DNA from: Candidatus Aminicenantes bacterium
GTDB lineage: Bacteria > Acidobacteriota > Aminicenantia > Aminicenantales > CALLJL01
Length of the DNA stretch: 64,000 nucleotides
Direction of reading: 5' to 3'
Assembly: GCA_037441905.1 (NCBI GenBank)
Contig: JBBIRF010000002.1
Coordinates: 85,806-149,805, forward strand
Positions 8,827-18,330 of the stretch are shown here, piece by piece. Numbering within the stretch: position 1 is the first letter of the stretch; the number at the start of each line of letters is the position of its first letter. Below the pieces are notes generated by a model. That model was not told where the DNA came from. It did not search any database and saw only the letters and a program-made list of their open reading frames with translations. The position numbers were made by a program, and so were the translations under genes.

Positions 8827-9459
8827 ATGGAAAAGGAAGAAAGAAGAGAAAAGGAAGAAGAGATTATAATCAACTACGACGCGGTCGATGTCGCCTCCAT
8901 CATGGAGCAGATAAAACGTCAAATCGCTTCCCGGCCTGCATCCGAGGCTCAGGATATGAGGGAAAAAGAAACGCCAGTGATTCCGCCGCCGCCTCGTTCG
9001 CCCTGGGAGCTTGAGCCACCCCACGGGAGGAAAGCGAAAATTAAAAGAATCTTGCTGAAATTGACGAAACCACTGGCGCCGTTCATCAAGTTAGCCGTGT
9101 TCCCGGGCCATCAAGAGCTCAGAGAAACAGTGCTTAAACTCCACCACGCGAACATGCGGCTCGATTACCTTTCAGCCGCTTTGGAACAGGAACTGGCGAA
9201 ATTGAGTCAGAGCCTGAATGAAAGAATCGATGTCGTGAATGAAGCCCTGCAATCGCGGCTTAACCTTGCTTTCGAGGACATCAACCGTCTAAAAGAATAT
9301 ACCAAGCTGCTCCATAATCTTTCGCACAACATGGTTGTCGAGATGAGCAAGCTGAAGATAGAATTGGACACCCTCAAAACGCATCACCGCATCCTGGAGA
9401 AAGAATTCCGGCATCTCGAACAGCGAGAAAGGTATCTTGAGAAGGAAATAAGCTCATGA
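8827..9459 (+). CDS. Hypothetical coiled-coil protein (210 aa, E/K/R-rich, no TM segment)
   Basis: A GGGAGG RBS is present. A heptad-like E/K/L-rich C-terminal half runs from about residue 110 to 210. The stop overlaps the start of the first glycosyltransferase (ATGA). Confidence 0.5.
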   Translation: MEKEERREKEEEIIINYDAVDVASIMEQIKRQIASRPASEAQDMREKETPVIPPPPRSPWELEPPHGRKAKIKRILLKLTKPLAPFIKLAVFPGHQELRETVLKLHHANMRLDYLSAALEQELAKLSQSLNERIDVVNEALQSRLNLAFEDINRLKEYTKLLHNLSHNMVVEMSKLKIELDTLKTHHRILEKEFRHLEQRERYLEKEISS

Positions 9460-10637
9460 AAGTGGCCTTTGTCGTCCAGCGGTATGGCCTCGAGATTAAC
9501 GGAGGGGCTGAGCTCCATTGCCGCTGGATTGCCGAGCATATGAAAAAATACTGGGAGGTCGAGGTCCTGACAACCAAAGCCCTGGATTATATCACCTGGA
9601 AAAACCACTATTCCCAGGACGAAGAGGTTATTAACGGAATAAAGGTAAGACGTTTCCCTGTTACTCGGCCGAGAAATCCCGAGAGATTTGGCCGTATCCA
9701 GAATTATATTTTCCAGAACGAACATACCATCGAGGACGAGCTCCGCTGGCTGGATGAAGAAGGCCCGCGGGTTCCCTCTTTGATTCGCTACATTAAAGAA
9801 AATGAAGCCCGCTATGATTATTTTATTTTTTTCAGCTACCGGTACTATCATTCTTACTGGGGAATAAAGGCTGTCCCTCATAAAAGCCTGCTTGTCCCTA
9901 CGGCCGAGCATGACCCGGTAGTTTATCTCCGGATTTTTCGTGATTGGTTTCGTCTCCCCCGAGCTTTTATTTACAACTCGTTCGAGGAAAGGAAAATGAT
10001 CCAGGCTGTTTCAGCCAACGAAGATGTCCCGGGCGACGTCGTCGGGGTGGGGGTGGAAGTTCCGGCAGTTTATTCGAAAGAAAGCCGGCCGCCTGGGCTG
10101 AACCCGGAAGACCCCTACATAATCTACATCGGCCGGATTGACGAGAATAAGGGCTGCCGCGAGCTTTTTGATTTTTTTATCCGGTTTAAGACAGCCACTG
10201 GCTCTCCTTTGCGTCTGGTCCTCGTTGGCAGCACTGTCCTGAAAATCCCGTCTCATCCCGCTATTACCTATCTCGGGTTTGTTTCGGAAGAAGAAAAATT
10301 TTCCTGGCTCGCCCAATCCTTACTCCTTATCATGCCGAGTTTTTATGAAAGCCTCTCGATGGTCACCCTGGAGGCCTGGGCGCTCGAGAAACCGGTTCTG
10401 GTTAACGGCCGGTGTGAAGTCTTGAAAGGGCAATGTCTGCGAGCCAACGGCGGTCTTTATTACGAGAACTATGATGAATTCAGGGAGACCCTATCGCTTC
10501 TGGCAAAGGACTCGAAGCTGAGGGAAGTTCTGGGAAAAAACGGCCGTGCTTACTTCCAAAAAAATTACACCTGGGAAGTTATCGAGAAGAAGTACTTGAA
10601 TATTATCGACATTTTAGAACGGGGCAGGAAGGGATGA
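9456..10637 (+). CDS. GT4-family glycosyltransferase (type A)
   Basis: The N-terminus [21 protein letters not shown] is GT4 N-domain-like, the C-terminal domain is a typical Glycos_transf_1 domain, and the protein is paralogous to 12780-13949. Confidence 0.75.
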   Translation: MKVAFVVQRYGLEINGGAELHCRWIAEHMKKYWEVEVLTTKALDYITWKNHYSQDEEVINGIKVRRFPVTRPRNPERFGRIQNYIFQNEHTIEDELRWLDEEGPRVPSLIRYIKENEARYDYFIFFSYRYYHSYWGIKAVPHKSLLVPTAEHDPVVYLRIFRDWFRLPRAFIYNSFEERKMIQAVSANEDVPGDVVGVGVEVPAVYSKESRPPGLNPEDPYIIYIGRIDENKGCRELFDFFIRFKTATGSPLRLVLVGSTVLKIPSHPAITYLGFVSEEEKFSWLAQSLLLIMPSFYESLSMVTLEAWALEKPVLVNGRCEVLKGQCLRANGGLYYENYDEFRETLSLLAKDSKLREVLGKNGRAYFQKNYTWEVIEKKYLNIIDILERGRKG

Positions 10638-11704
10638 TGGAAGTCCACCAGCTGGCTACCTCGCTAACCTATGGCGACGCCATTTCTGATGAAATGCTCG
10701 AGATACAGAAAGTCTTAAGAGACGCCGGGTTTCGGTCGGAAATTTTTACTCGCTTTTGTGACCCCAAAATGGCTGGCCTGGCCCATGATTTCCGCGAATA
10801 CTGGAGATACAGCTCGAAGGACAACGTCGCCCTGTTTCATTTCTCCATCGGCTCGCCCGTCTCCCGGCTTTTTTTCCGGCTGCCCGACCGCAAGGTCATG
10901 ATTTATCACAACATCACTCCCCACGAATATTTTCTTGATTTTCACCGGGTGCTCACCAGAGAGTGCTATAAAGGCCGGCTGGAGGTCAAGCTTTTTGTCG
11001 ATAAGGTTGACCTGGTCCTGGGCGACTCGGAGTTTAACCGAAAAGAGCTGGAAAGTTTGGGTTATAAACAGACCGGCGTCCTGCCAATTCTGCTGAATTT
11101 TGAGAAGTTTAGCCAGGAAGGCGACCCCGTAACCAGGAAGATTTATGACAACGGAAAAAAAACGCTTCTTTTTGTCGGCCGGCTGATTCCGAATAAGAAA
11201 TATGAAGATATAATTAAAGTCTTCGCCCTCTATCGCCGGTATTTTGAACCTCAGGCGCAGCTTATCCTCGCCGGAGATTATCGCGGCCTCGAACGCTATC
11301 TCGCGAGTCTCTTTGACCTTGTCGAACGGCTGCGACTCAAAGACGTTCATTTTACCGGGCACGTTTCTTTCTCCGAACTAAGGGCCTACTATCAGTTAGC
11401 TGACGTCTTTTTGAGCCTCAGTGAGCACGAGGGCTTTGGCGTGCCGCTGGTGGAATCTTTTCTCCAGGATATCCCGGTCATAGCCTATGACGCCGGAGCC
11501 GTAGCTGAAACGATGAATGGCGGGGGAATCCTTTTGCGGCAAAAAGATTATTCGGGCATAGCGGCTCTGGTGGATAAAGTTATCAGCGACGCCGGGGTCA
11601 GGGAGAAAATCATTGCCGGACAAAGGAAAGCCCTGGATAAATACCGCCGAGAAAAAGTCGCGCCGCTTCTTCTGAGTTACCTCGAAAGGGTTATGGCCAG
11701 ATGA
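10634..11704 (+). CDS. GT4-family glycosyltransferase (type B)
   Basis: The motif EHEGFGVPLVES is the E-x7-E GT4 signature, and the protein is paralogous to 11701-12783. Its start overlaps the upstream stop. Confidence 0.75.
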   Translation: MMEVHQLATSLTYGDAISDEMLEIQKVLRDAGFRSEIFTRFCDPKMAGLAHDFREYWRYSSKDNVALFHFSIGSPVSRLFFRLPDRKVMIYHNITPHEYFLDFHRVLTRECYKGRLEVKLFVDKVDLVLGDSEFNRKELESLGYKQTGVLPILLNFEKFSQEGDPVTRKIYDNGKKTLLFVGRLIPNKKYEDIIKVFALYRRYFEPQAQLILAGDYRGLERYLASLFDLVERLRLKDVHFTGHVSFSELRAYYQLADVFLSLSEHEGFGVPLVESFLQDIPVIAYDAGAVAETMNGGGILLRQKDYSGIAALVDKVISDAGVREKIIAGQRKALDKYRREKVAPLLLSYLERVMAR

Positions 11705-12783
11705 GAATCGACCAATGGGTTCCTGCCTTCCACCGCGGTGACGCCATCGGCGACGAAGCAGCCTGTTTGCGGGATTTTTTCCGGCAGCAAGGCTTCGTCT
11801 CGGACATCTATTGCCTTGACCGAGATGAAGGCTTGGAGGCCGAAAGCCGGCCGTTTGACCGGTTCCAGCCTGGTGAGCCCAACGACGTGGTTATTCTCCA
11901 TTTTGCTCTCCCGTCGCCGCTTTCTTATTCCTTGCTTCGGGTTCCCTGTCGCCGGGTCGTCATTCATCATAACGTGACGGCGCCCGAATTCTTTGTTGGT
12001 TTCAGCCAGGAAATGGTGCGGCTGGCGAGCTTGGGCCGGAAAGAACTGCGGCAACTGGCGCCCTTTGTCGACCTCGGGCTGGCTGATTCGGAGTTCAACC
12101 GGCGAGAGCTTGAAAGCTTCGGGTTTAGGCGGACAGCCGTCCTGCCCCTGTTTGTCGATTTTCGTCGGTATGCTAAACCGATTAACCAGTTTGTCTATCG
12201 CCTTTACCGGGACGAAAGGACTAACCTGGTTTTTGTCGGCCGGGTAGTGCCCAACAAAAAAATCGAAGACTTAATCAAGGTCACTTTTTATTATAAAAAA
12301 TATATCTCCCCGCTTGTCCGTTTGGTCGTTGCCGGGAAAAATAGCTCTTTGCCTAAGTATTATGAAAGCCTCGTTCGGTTGGTCGACGACTTTTATCTGA
12401 AACCAGAAGAGGTGGTCTTTACCGGGCACATCCCTGATGAGGACCTGTTCGCCATTTATCGGGCCGCCGACGTCTTCATCTCGATGAGTGAGCATGAAGG
12501 ATTTTGTCTGCCGCTGCTTGAAAGCATGATGTTCGACGTCCCGGTAGTCGCTTATGCTGCCGGTGCTGTGCCCTCGACTCTCGACGGGGCCGGTGTTTTA
12601 CTCCAAGAAAAGAAAGTGGCTGAAATAGCCGAGCTTCTGGCTATCCTCACCCAGGATTCTCGCTTGCGGGCGAAAGTCATTGCCAGTCAAAAAGAAAGAC
12701 TCGCCAGGTTCAGGTCTTTTCCCCGGGAAGAGTACCTGCTTTCCTTGTTAGCTGAGTTAGGCCGAGAAGCAAACCGCAAATGA
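11701..12783 (+). CDS. GT4-family glycosyltransferase (type B')
   Basis: The motifs [12 protein letters not shown] and [12 protein letters not shown] are shared with the type B gene. Confidence 0.75.
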   Translation: MRIDQWVPAFHRGDAIGDEAACLRDFFRQQGFVSDIYCLDRDEGLEAESRPFDRFQPGEPNDVVILHFALPSPLSYSLLRVPCRRVVIHHNVTAPEFFVGFSQEMVRLASLGRKELRQLAPFVDLGLADSEFNRRELESFGFRRTAVLPLFVDFRRYAKPINQFVYRLYRDERTNLVFVGRVVPNKKIEDLIKVTFYYKKYISPLVRLVVAGKNSSLPKYYESLVRLVDDFYLKPEEVVFTGHIPDEDLFAIYRAADVFISMSEHEGFCLPLLESMMFDVPVVAYAAGAVPSTLDGAGVLLQEKKVAEIAELLAILTQDSRLRAKVIASQKERLARFRSFPREEYLLSLLAELGREANRK

Positions 12784-13949
12784 AGGTCGCCTTTGTTGTC
12801 CAGCGTTACGGCCTGGAGGTGATGGGCGGGTCTGAGCTCCATTGCCGGTTGGTCGCGGAAAGACTTTTTAAGGCCGGTCATGCCGTCACTGTCTACACCA
12901 CTACGGCCCGGGATTATATTACGTGGAAAAACGAATTTGCCGCCGGAGATAGCCTCCTTAACGGAGTCAAGGTCAAACGATTCCAGGTAGAAAAAGAAAG
13001 GGACATTCATTCTTTCAACCGATACTCTGATTGGCTCTTTCATCATCCCCATTCGGAGGAGGACGAAATTCTCTGGATGGAGATGCAAGGGCCGTTTACC
13101 CCTTCGCTTCTCGAGGCCTTAGAGAGAGAGGAGAAGCAACACGACGTCTTTATCTTTTTCACTTATCTTTATTATCCCACTCATTATGGATTGCAAAGGG
13201 TCAAGCAGCCAAAGATTTTAGTCCCCACGGCCCATGATGAACCAGCCCTTCATCTGGGAATAATGAAGAAAGCTTTTGCCGCGGCTGATAGCCTGCTCTT
13301 TAACACGACGGCGGAGAAACAGCTTTTAACCAGGTTATTTTCTCTCGACCGAGCCTACCAGGACGTCGTCGGAGTCGGGGTGGAAATACCTGCCGACCTC
13401 GACTCTCTTCCGCTGGCGAAACGCCTGAGCTTGCCCGAGCCGTTTATTCTCTATGCTGGCCGGATTGAGCCAGGAAAGGGTTGCGGCGAACTTCTGGATT
13501 ATTTCCTGAGATTTGTCGCTACGGGAAAAGAAGCCTCGCTGGTGCTTATCGGCCATCTTTTAATGGAGCTCCCGCCACATCCTCGGGTTCGTTACTTAGG
13601 GTTTGTTTCGGCCGAGGAAAAGAACCAGGCCATGAGGCGAGCGGCGGTCACGGTCCATCCTTCTCATTATGAGAGTCTTTGTATGGCGGCCTTAGAATCT
13701 CTGGCGGTTGAAACGCCGATTCTGGTCCAGGAGGCTGCCGAGCCTTTAAAGCAGCATTGCCTCCAGGGGCAATGCGGCCTTTATTACAGTAACGCCGAGG
13801 AGTTCGGCCGGGCGCTCGACCTTCTCTTGAGGGACGAAAGGCTGCGCCGGGTCCTGGCCGCCAACGGCCGGCGGTACGTCGAAAAAAACTATTCCTGGCC
13901 GATTATCCAGGAAAAATACGAGCGAGCCCTTAAGCATCTAACATCGTAG
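12780..13949 (+). CDS. GT4-family glycosyltransferase (type A')
   Basis: The N-terminus [21 protein letters not shown] is nearly identical to the type A N-terminus, and the motif DVVGVGVE is shared. Confidence 0.75.
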   Translation: MKVAFVVQRYGLEVMGGSELHCRLVAERLFKAGHAVTVYTTTARDYITWKNEFAAGDSLLNGVKVKRFQVEKERDIHSFNRYSDWLFHHPHSEEDEILWMEMQGPFTPSLLEALEREEKQHDVFIFFTYLYYPTHYGLQRVKQPKILVPTAHDEPALHLGIMKKAFAAADSLLFNTTAEKQLLTRLFSLDRAYQDVVGVGVEIPADLDSLPLAKRLSLPEPFILYAGRIEPGKGCGELLDYFLRFVATGKEASLVLIGHLLMELPPHPRVRYLGFVSAEEKNQAMRRAAVTVHPSHYESLCMAALESLAVETPILVQEAAEPLKQHCLQGQCGLYYSNAEEFGRALDLLLRDERLRRVLAANGRRYVEKNYSWPIIQEKYERALKHLTS

Positions 13950-14132
13950 CCGCCTCGGCCGGAAGGATTTTTCGGCCTCTCCGATTCTTGTGGCTCTCTC
14001 GAGCGATAGCTTTAAGACCAGGCGTTAGAAGCAGGGGCCAGTCCTGATTCATTAAACCCGGGATAGCCACCGAAGTTCGGGCCAGGACAGCCCTCCTCAT
14101 TGCGGGTTGAGGACTTTTAGATAGACTAAAAC

Positions 14133-14161
14133 TGGGCAAAAACTTTATTTTGGTGGTATAA
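14133..14161 (+). promoter_or_regulatory. Candidate sigma70 promoter with extended -10 (TGgTATAAT) upstream of the mglA-like gene
   Basis: TATAAT at 14156-14161 is preceded by TG at 14153-14154, and no good -35 is present. It lies ~85 nt upstream of the ATG at 14246. Confidence 0.4.
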
Positions 14162-14245
14162 TCGAATAAAATTAACAGGAGATGGCCCCGGTGTTTGAAT
14201 CTGGAAGAGAAAATGGGATAAAATAAGCAGGGGAACCCGGAAATA

Positions 14246-15052
14246 ATGGCCTTTATAAATTACGTTACCAAGAACCTGGCGATTAAGATCGTTTATTATG
14301 GGCCAGGGTTGAGCGGTAAGACCACCAATTTGCGGTATATTTATTATAAACTCGACCCGGCTTATAGGGGGGATTTAATCTGCTTAGAAACCGACACGGA
14401 AAGAACCATCTTTTTTGACCTTCTGCCGGTCAAGGCTGGTCTAATCGGCGATTTCAAAGTTCATTTCCAGCTGCTTACTGTGCCCGGACAAGTATTTTAC
14501 GAGGCAAGCCGGAAATCGGTCCTTCGGGGGGCTGACGGCATAATTTTTGTGGCTGATTCCCAGGTGCCGCTTCTTGACGCTAACCTCGAAAGTTTTGATA
14601 GCCTTCGCCGGAACTTGCTCGCTAACGACATGGACCTCAATCAAATGCCCATTGTTTTTCAGTATAACAAGCGCGATTTAGAGAATCTTATCCCGGTGGA
14701 GACTTTCAACAACCTGTTAAACCCGCGCCGGTCTCCTTTTGTCGAATCTTCAGCCATCAACGGTTGGGGGGTTTTCGAGGCTCTTCATGAAATTGCGAAA
14801 TTGACCGTCCCCCGGGTGCGGGAACATCTTTTCAAAGAACAAAAGCTTGAGCCCGAAGCCCGAGCCAGGGAGGAAAAAGCAATCGAGCAGGAGATCTACG
14901 AGAAAGTCCAGAAACCGACTGTTGAAGAGCGGCTGGTTGAACAGCCCAAACCTCCTGATTTTGAAAGCAAGAAAAAAGTAAAGACCCATGAAGATATAGA
15001 AAGGGAGCTTGAACGCCTGGCCCGGGAGTTCTTGGGCAAGAAAATAGAATAA
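14246..15052 (+). CDS. mglA: MglA-like Ras-superfamily small GTPase with a ~70-aa charged C-terminal extension
   Basis: Residues 1-195 align with Myxococcus MglA: MAFINYVTKNLAIKIVYYGPGLSGKTTN (P-loop), TDTERTIFFD (intrinsic Arg finger), LLTVPGQVFY and QYNKRDL. The K/E-rich tail has no counterpart in canonical MglA. Confidence 0.8.
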   Translation: MAFINYVTKNLAIKIVYYGPGLSGKTTNLRYIYYKLDPAYRGDLICLETDTERTIFFDLLPVKAGLIGDFKVHFQLLTVPGQVFYEASRKSVLRGADGIIFVADSQVPLLDANLESFDSLRRNLLANDMDLNQMPIVFQYNKRDLENLIPVETFNNLLNPRRSPFVESSAINGWGVFEALHEIAKLTVPRVREHLFKEQKLEPEARAREEKAIEQEIYEKVQKPTVEERLVEQPKPPDFESKKKVKTHEDIERELERLAREFLGKKIE

Positions 15053-15160
15053 CCCCGCCTCTTATTTACGCAATATTGCTTCGGTTGAGTTTTTTTCCGT
15101 TTTCTTACGTCACCTAAAGAGGAAACGTTCGCCGTAAGCAAGAAAGATAGGTGGCGAGTT

Positions 15161-16678
15161 ATGCTCTTCCGGATAATGAGTGCTACCCTCACGGGGATCG
15201 AGGCAATTTCGGTGGAAGTCGAAGTGGACATCACTGAAGGAATCCCGAAGTTTATTCTTGTAGGCCTGCCAGACGCCGCCATAAGAGAGAGCGAACAAAG
15301 GATTAGGTCAGCTTTAAAAAATTGTGGTTATGATTTCCCCAGGCGGAAGATTATTGTCAATTTAGCTCCAGCTGATAGGCGCAAAGAAGGGTCTTCTTTT
15401 GACCTGCCCATCGCCCTCGGGCTTCTGGCGTTCCTGGGACTAATTTCCCGGGAATCCCTCGAGGGGAAAATATTCTTGGCCGAGTTAGCCCTGGACGGAC
15501 GTCTTAAACCCGTTCGGGGGGCGCTGATCGTTTCTCTGATGGCTAAAAGGATAGGGCTCAGGTCGCTTGTTGTTCCGCTGATGAATGGCCCGGAAGCCGC
15601 CCTGGTTGAAGATGTCCAGGTTTATGGTCTTGAGAGCCTGCCGCAGGTTGTCCGCCTCCTCCAGCATCCCGAGTTTTTTCAGCCGTGCCTGGTAGATTTG
15701 CGGGCGATACTTAATCATCAAGTAGAAGAAGGAGATTTCAGCGAAGTTAAGGGACAGTTTCACGTGAAAAGAGCCCTGGAAGTGGCGGCGGCTGGCAGCC
15801 ACAATGTCCTGCTCATCGGACCACCCGGCGCCGGCAAAACAATGTTGGCTCGCCGTCTTCCATCGATCCTGCCGCCAATGAGCTGGGAGGAAGTCCTGGA
15901 GGTGACCCAGGTTTACAGCGCCGCCGGGTTACTCCGGGGGAGGCCGGCGGTTTGTTCCCGGCCATTCAGGGCCCCCCATCATACGATCACTGATGCGGGA
16001 TTAATCGGGGGCGGCGTGGTCCCTAAGCCGGGCGAAATAAGCCTGGCCCACCACGGTGTGCTTTTCCTGGACGAGCTGCCTGAATTCAGGCGTAAAGTTC
16101 TCGAAGACCTCCGCCAGCCCCTTGAAGACGGTCAGGTTGTCATCTCCCGGGCGGCGATGAGTGTGACTTTTCCCTGTTCTTTTATGTTAGTCGCAGCCAT
16201 GAACCCCTGTAGCTTTGCTTTTCGCGGCTCGTTTTCTTCGGATGATTGCTCCGAAGCCGAAAAAAGGCGCTATTATTCTCGGCTTTCGAGTCCGCTTCTC
16301 GACCGTATCGATATCCAGGTAGAAGTCCCGGCAATCAAGTTTAGCGACTATACCTCCCGGGTTCAGGCGGAAAGTTCGGCCGAAATCAGAACAAGAGTGG
16401 TTAAGGCCCGGGAAAGGCAGCTCCGGCGGTTTAAGGGTTTGTCAATTTATGCCAATGCCCAGATGAGGCCGAAGGAAATAAAGCGATTTTGTCGGGTTAA
16501 CCAGGAAGGAGAGCTCCTGCTGGAAGCTGCTATGAAGAGGCTCGGGCTGAGCGCCCGGGCTCTGGACAGGATTCTGAAGGTTAGCCGGACGATTGCGGAC
16601 CTGGCCGGAGAGGAAGACATCCAGGTGCCTCATTTATCAGAGGCGATTCAATACCGGGCACTTGACCGTTTTCAGTGA
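15161..16678 (+). CDS. comM: YifB/ComM family Mg-chelatase-like AAA+ ATPase
   Basis: The N-terminal Lon-like domain MLFRIMSATLTGIEAISVEVEVD...IVGLPDAAIRESEQRI, the Walker A motif GPPGAGKT and a C-terminal Mg-chelatase helical domain are present. Confidence 0.85.
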   Translation: MLFRIMSATLTGIEAISVEVEVDITEGIPKFILVGLPDAAIRESEQRIRSALKNCGYDFPRRKIIVNLAPADRRKEGSSFDLPIALGLLAFLGLISRESLEGKIFLAELALDGRLKPVRGALIVSLMAKRIGLRSLVVPLMNGPEAALVEDVQVYGLESLPQVVRLLQHPEFFQPCLVDLRAILNHQVEEGDFSEVKGQFHVKRALEVAAAGSHNVLLIGPPGAGKTMLARRLPSILPPMSWEEVLEVTQVYSAAGLLRGRPAVCSRPFRAPHHTITDAGLIGGGVVPKPGEISLAHHGVLFLDELPEFRRKVLEDLRQPLEDGQVVISRAAMSVTFPCSFMLVAAMNPCSFAFRGSFSSDDCSEAEKRRYYSRLSSPLLDRIDIQVEVPAIKFSDYTSRVQAESSAEIRTRVVKARERQLRRFKGLSIYANAQMRPKEIKRFCRVNQEGELLLEAAMKRLGLSARALDRILKVSRTIADLAGEEDIQVPHLSEAIQYRALDRFQ

Positions 16679-16686
16679 GCCTCAGG

Positions 16687-16715
16687 TAGCCTTTTATTTT
16701 TCAATCTGGTAGAAT
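16687..16715 (+). promoter_or_regulatory. Candidate extended -10 promoter (TGgTAGAAT) upstream of the permease gene
   Basis: TAGAAT at 16710-16715 is preceded by TG at 16707-16708. The downstream AAGGAGG RBS precedes the ATG at 16852. Confidence 0.35.
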
Positions 16716-16851
16716 CAGGCCGATTTATCCAGGAAAGTTTAAAGGCTTTTTTGGTTGAATAAAAAGGTGGGCCGAAGATGGAGAAAGGAGCTTTCTGTTC
16801 GATAGAAAAACGAGACTTGAGCCAGGGGTCATTTGATAAGGAGGCGTTATT

Positions 16852-18330
16852 ATGAGTCTACCGTTGCTGGCTAAGAAAACGATGGAAGATATCGCTCAAG
16901 AGGCCTACGGCGAAACATCAGGACTCAAGCGAGTCCTCGGCCCATGGCAGCTAATTTTTCTCGGGATTGGCGCTATCGTCGGCGCGGGTATCTTCGTGAT
17001 CACCGGCCATGCGGCCGCTCAGTATGCCGGGCCGGCCATAACCCTTTCTTTTATTTTGGCTGCTCTAACCTGTTCCTTCGCCGGCCTCTGCTACGCCGAG
17101 TTCGCCGCGCTTATTCCGATTGCCGGCAGTGCTTATACCTATGCTTATGCCACCCTGGGGGAAATCTTCGCCTGGATAATCGGCTGGGATTTGATTCTTG
17201 AGTACTCGTTGGGAGCCACGGCTGTGGCTATTGGCTGGTCTGGTTATATTGTGAGTTTCCTCAAAGACCTGGGGATAAATTTTCCGGCGGCGCTCGCTTC
17301 ATCTCCGCTGGCTTTTAACCCCCAGACGCACACCTGGGAGACGACTGGAGCCTGGTTTAATCTTCCTGCGTTCCTGGTGATTGCTCTGTTGACGGGGCTC
17401 CTAGTGATCGGGATAAAAGAGTCGGCCACGGTAAACGCCGTAATCGTTTTTTTAAAGATTTCGGTCATCCTGATTTTCATCGGCGCGGGAATTTTCTTTA
17501 TCAAGCCTTCTCTGTGGCAACCTTTTATCCCGCCTAATCAGGGGCAGTTTGGTTTCTTCGGGCTTTCGGGTATTCTCCGCGGCGCTGGAGTGATGTTTTT
17601 TGCTTACCTGGGGTTTGACGCTGTGTCTACCGTTGCCCAGGAATCGCGGAATCCGCAGAAAGACATGCCGGTAGGCATCCTCGGAAGCCTGGGCATCTGC
17701 ACTTTAATTTATATAGCTTTTTCTTTAGTTCTTACTGGCGTCGTTCATTATAGCCAGCTGAACGTGCCCGCTCCCGTGGCGGTGGCCATTGATGCTATGA
17801 AGCTTTACTGGCTTTCTCCTTTTATTAAAATTGCTGCCGTCGTCGGCCTGATTTCGGTGATGATTGTCCAGCTGATGGGTCAGCCGCGCATTTTTTATAC
17901 GATGGCTCGGGACGGTCTTCTCCCCTCGGTTGCGGCCAGAGTTCACCCCCGGTTTCGCACCCCTTATGTGACGACCATCGCCACCGGCACCGCCGTTGCC
18001 GTGGCTGCTTCGCTGCTTCCCATCGGGATTGTGGGCGAACTGGTTAGCATCGGAACCCTGATGGCTTTCGTCATAGTTTGTGGCGGCGTTCTTGTCCTAC
18101 GCTACAGCCGGCCCGACCTTCCCCGGCCGTTCCGCACTCCCGGCGTGCCTTTTATCCCTATCTTAGGCATTATCTCTTGCCTTTATCTTATGTCAGGCCT
18201 TCCCTGGGATACGTGGATGCGCCTGCTCATCTGGATGGGAATCGGCCTGGTTCTTTATTTCAGTTATGGTTTCCGGAAAAGCCGGCTGCGGCGCCGCGAG
18301 ACCACAACTTCGTCGGCTAATTTAACCTGA
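16852..18330 (+). CDS. APC-superfamily amino acid permease
   Basis: 492 aa with about 12 hydrophobic segments. Its N-terminal region and first predicted membrane segment read like the APC-family permease signature. Confidence 0.8.
   Translation: MSLPLLAKKTMEDIAQEAYGETSGLKRVLGPWQLIFLGIGAIVGAGIFVITGHAAAQYAGPAITLSFILAALTCSFAGLCYAEFAALIPIAGSAYTYAYATLGEIFAWIIGWDLILEYSLGATAVAIGWSGYIVSFLKDLGINFPAALASSPLAFNPQTHTWETTGAWFNLPAFLVIALLTGLLVIGIKESATVNAVIVFLKISVILIFIGAGIFFIKPSLWQPFIPPNQGQFGFFGLSGILRGAGVMFFAYLGFDAVSTVAQESRNPQKDMPVGILGSLGICTLIYIAFSLVLTGVVHYSQLNVPAPVAVAIDAMKLYWLSPFIKIAAVVGLISVMIVQLMGQPRIFYTMARDGLLPSVAARVHPRFRTPYVTTIATGTAVAVAASLLPIGIVGELVSIGTLMAFVIVCGGVLVLRYSRPDLPRPFRTPGVPFIPILGIISCLYLMSGLPWDTWMRLLIWMGIGLVLYFSYGFRKSRLRRRETTTSSANLT

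Noticed and set aside
13950-13990. Terminator after the last glycosyltransferase (GGCCG...CGGCC then T-rich)
   Set aside because: It has a 5-bp stem with an 11-nt loop and an interrupted T-run, which is too weak to call. Read-through into the mglA-like gene cannot be excluded.
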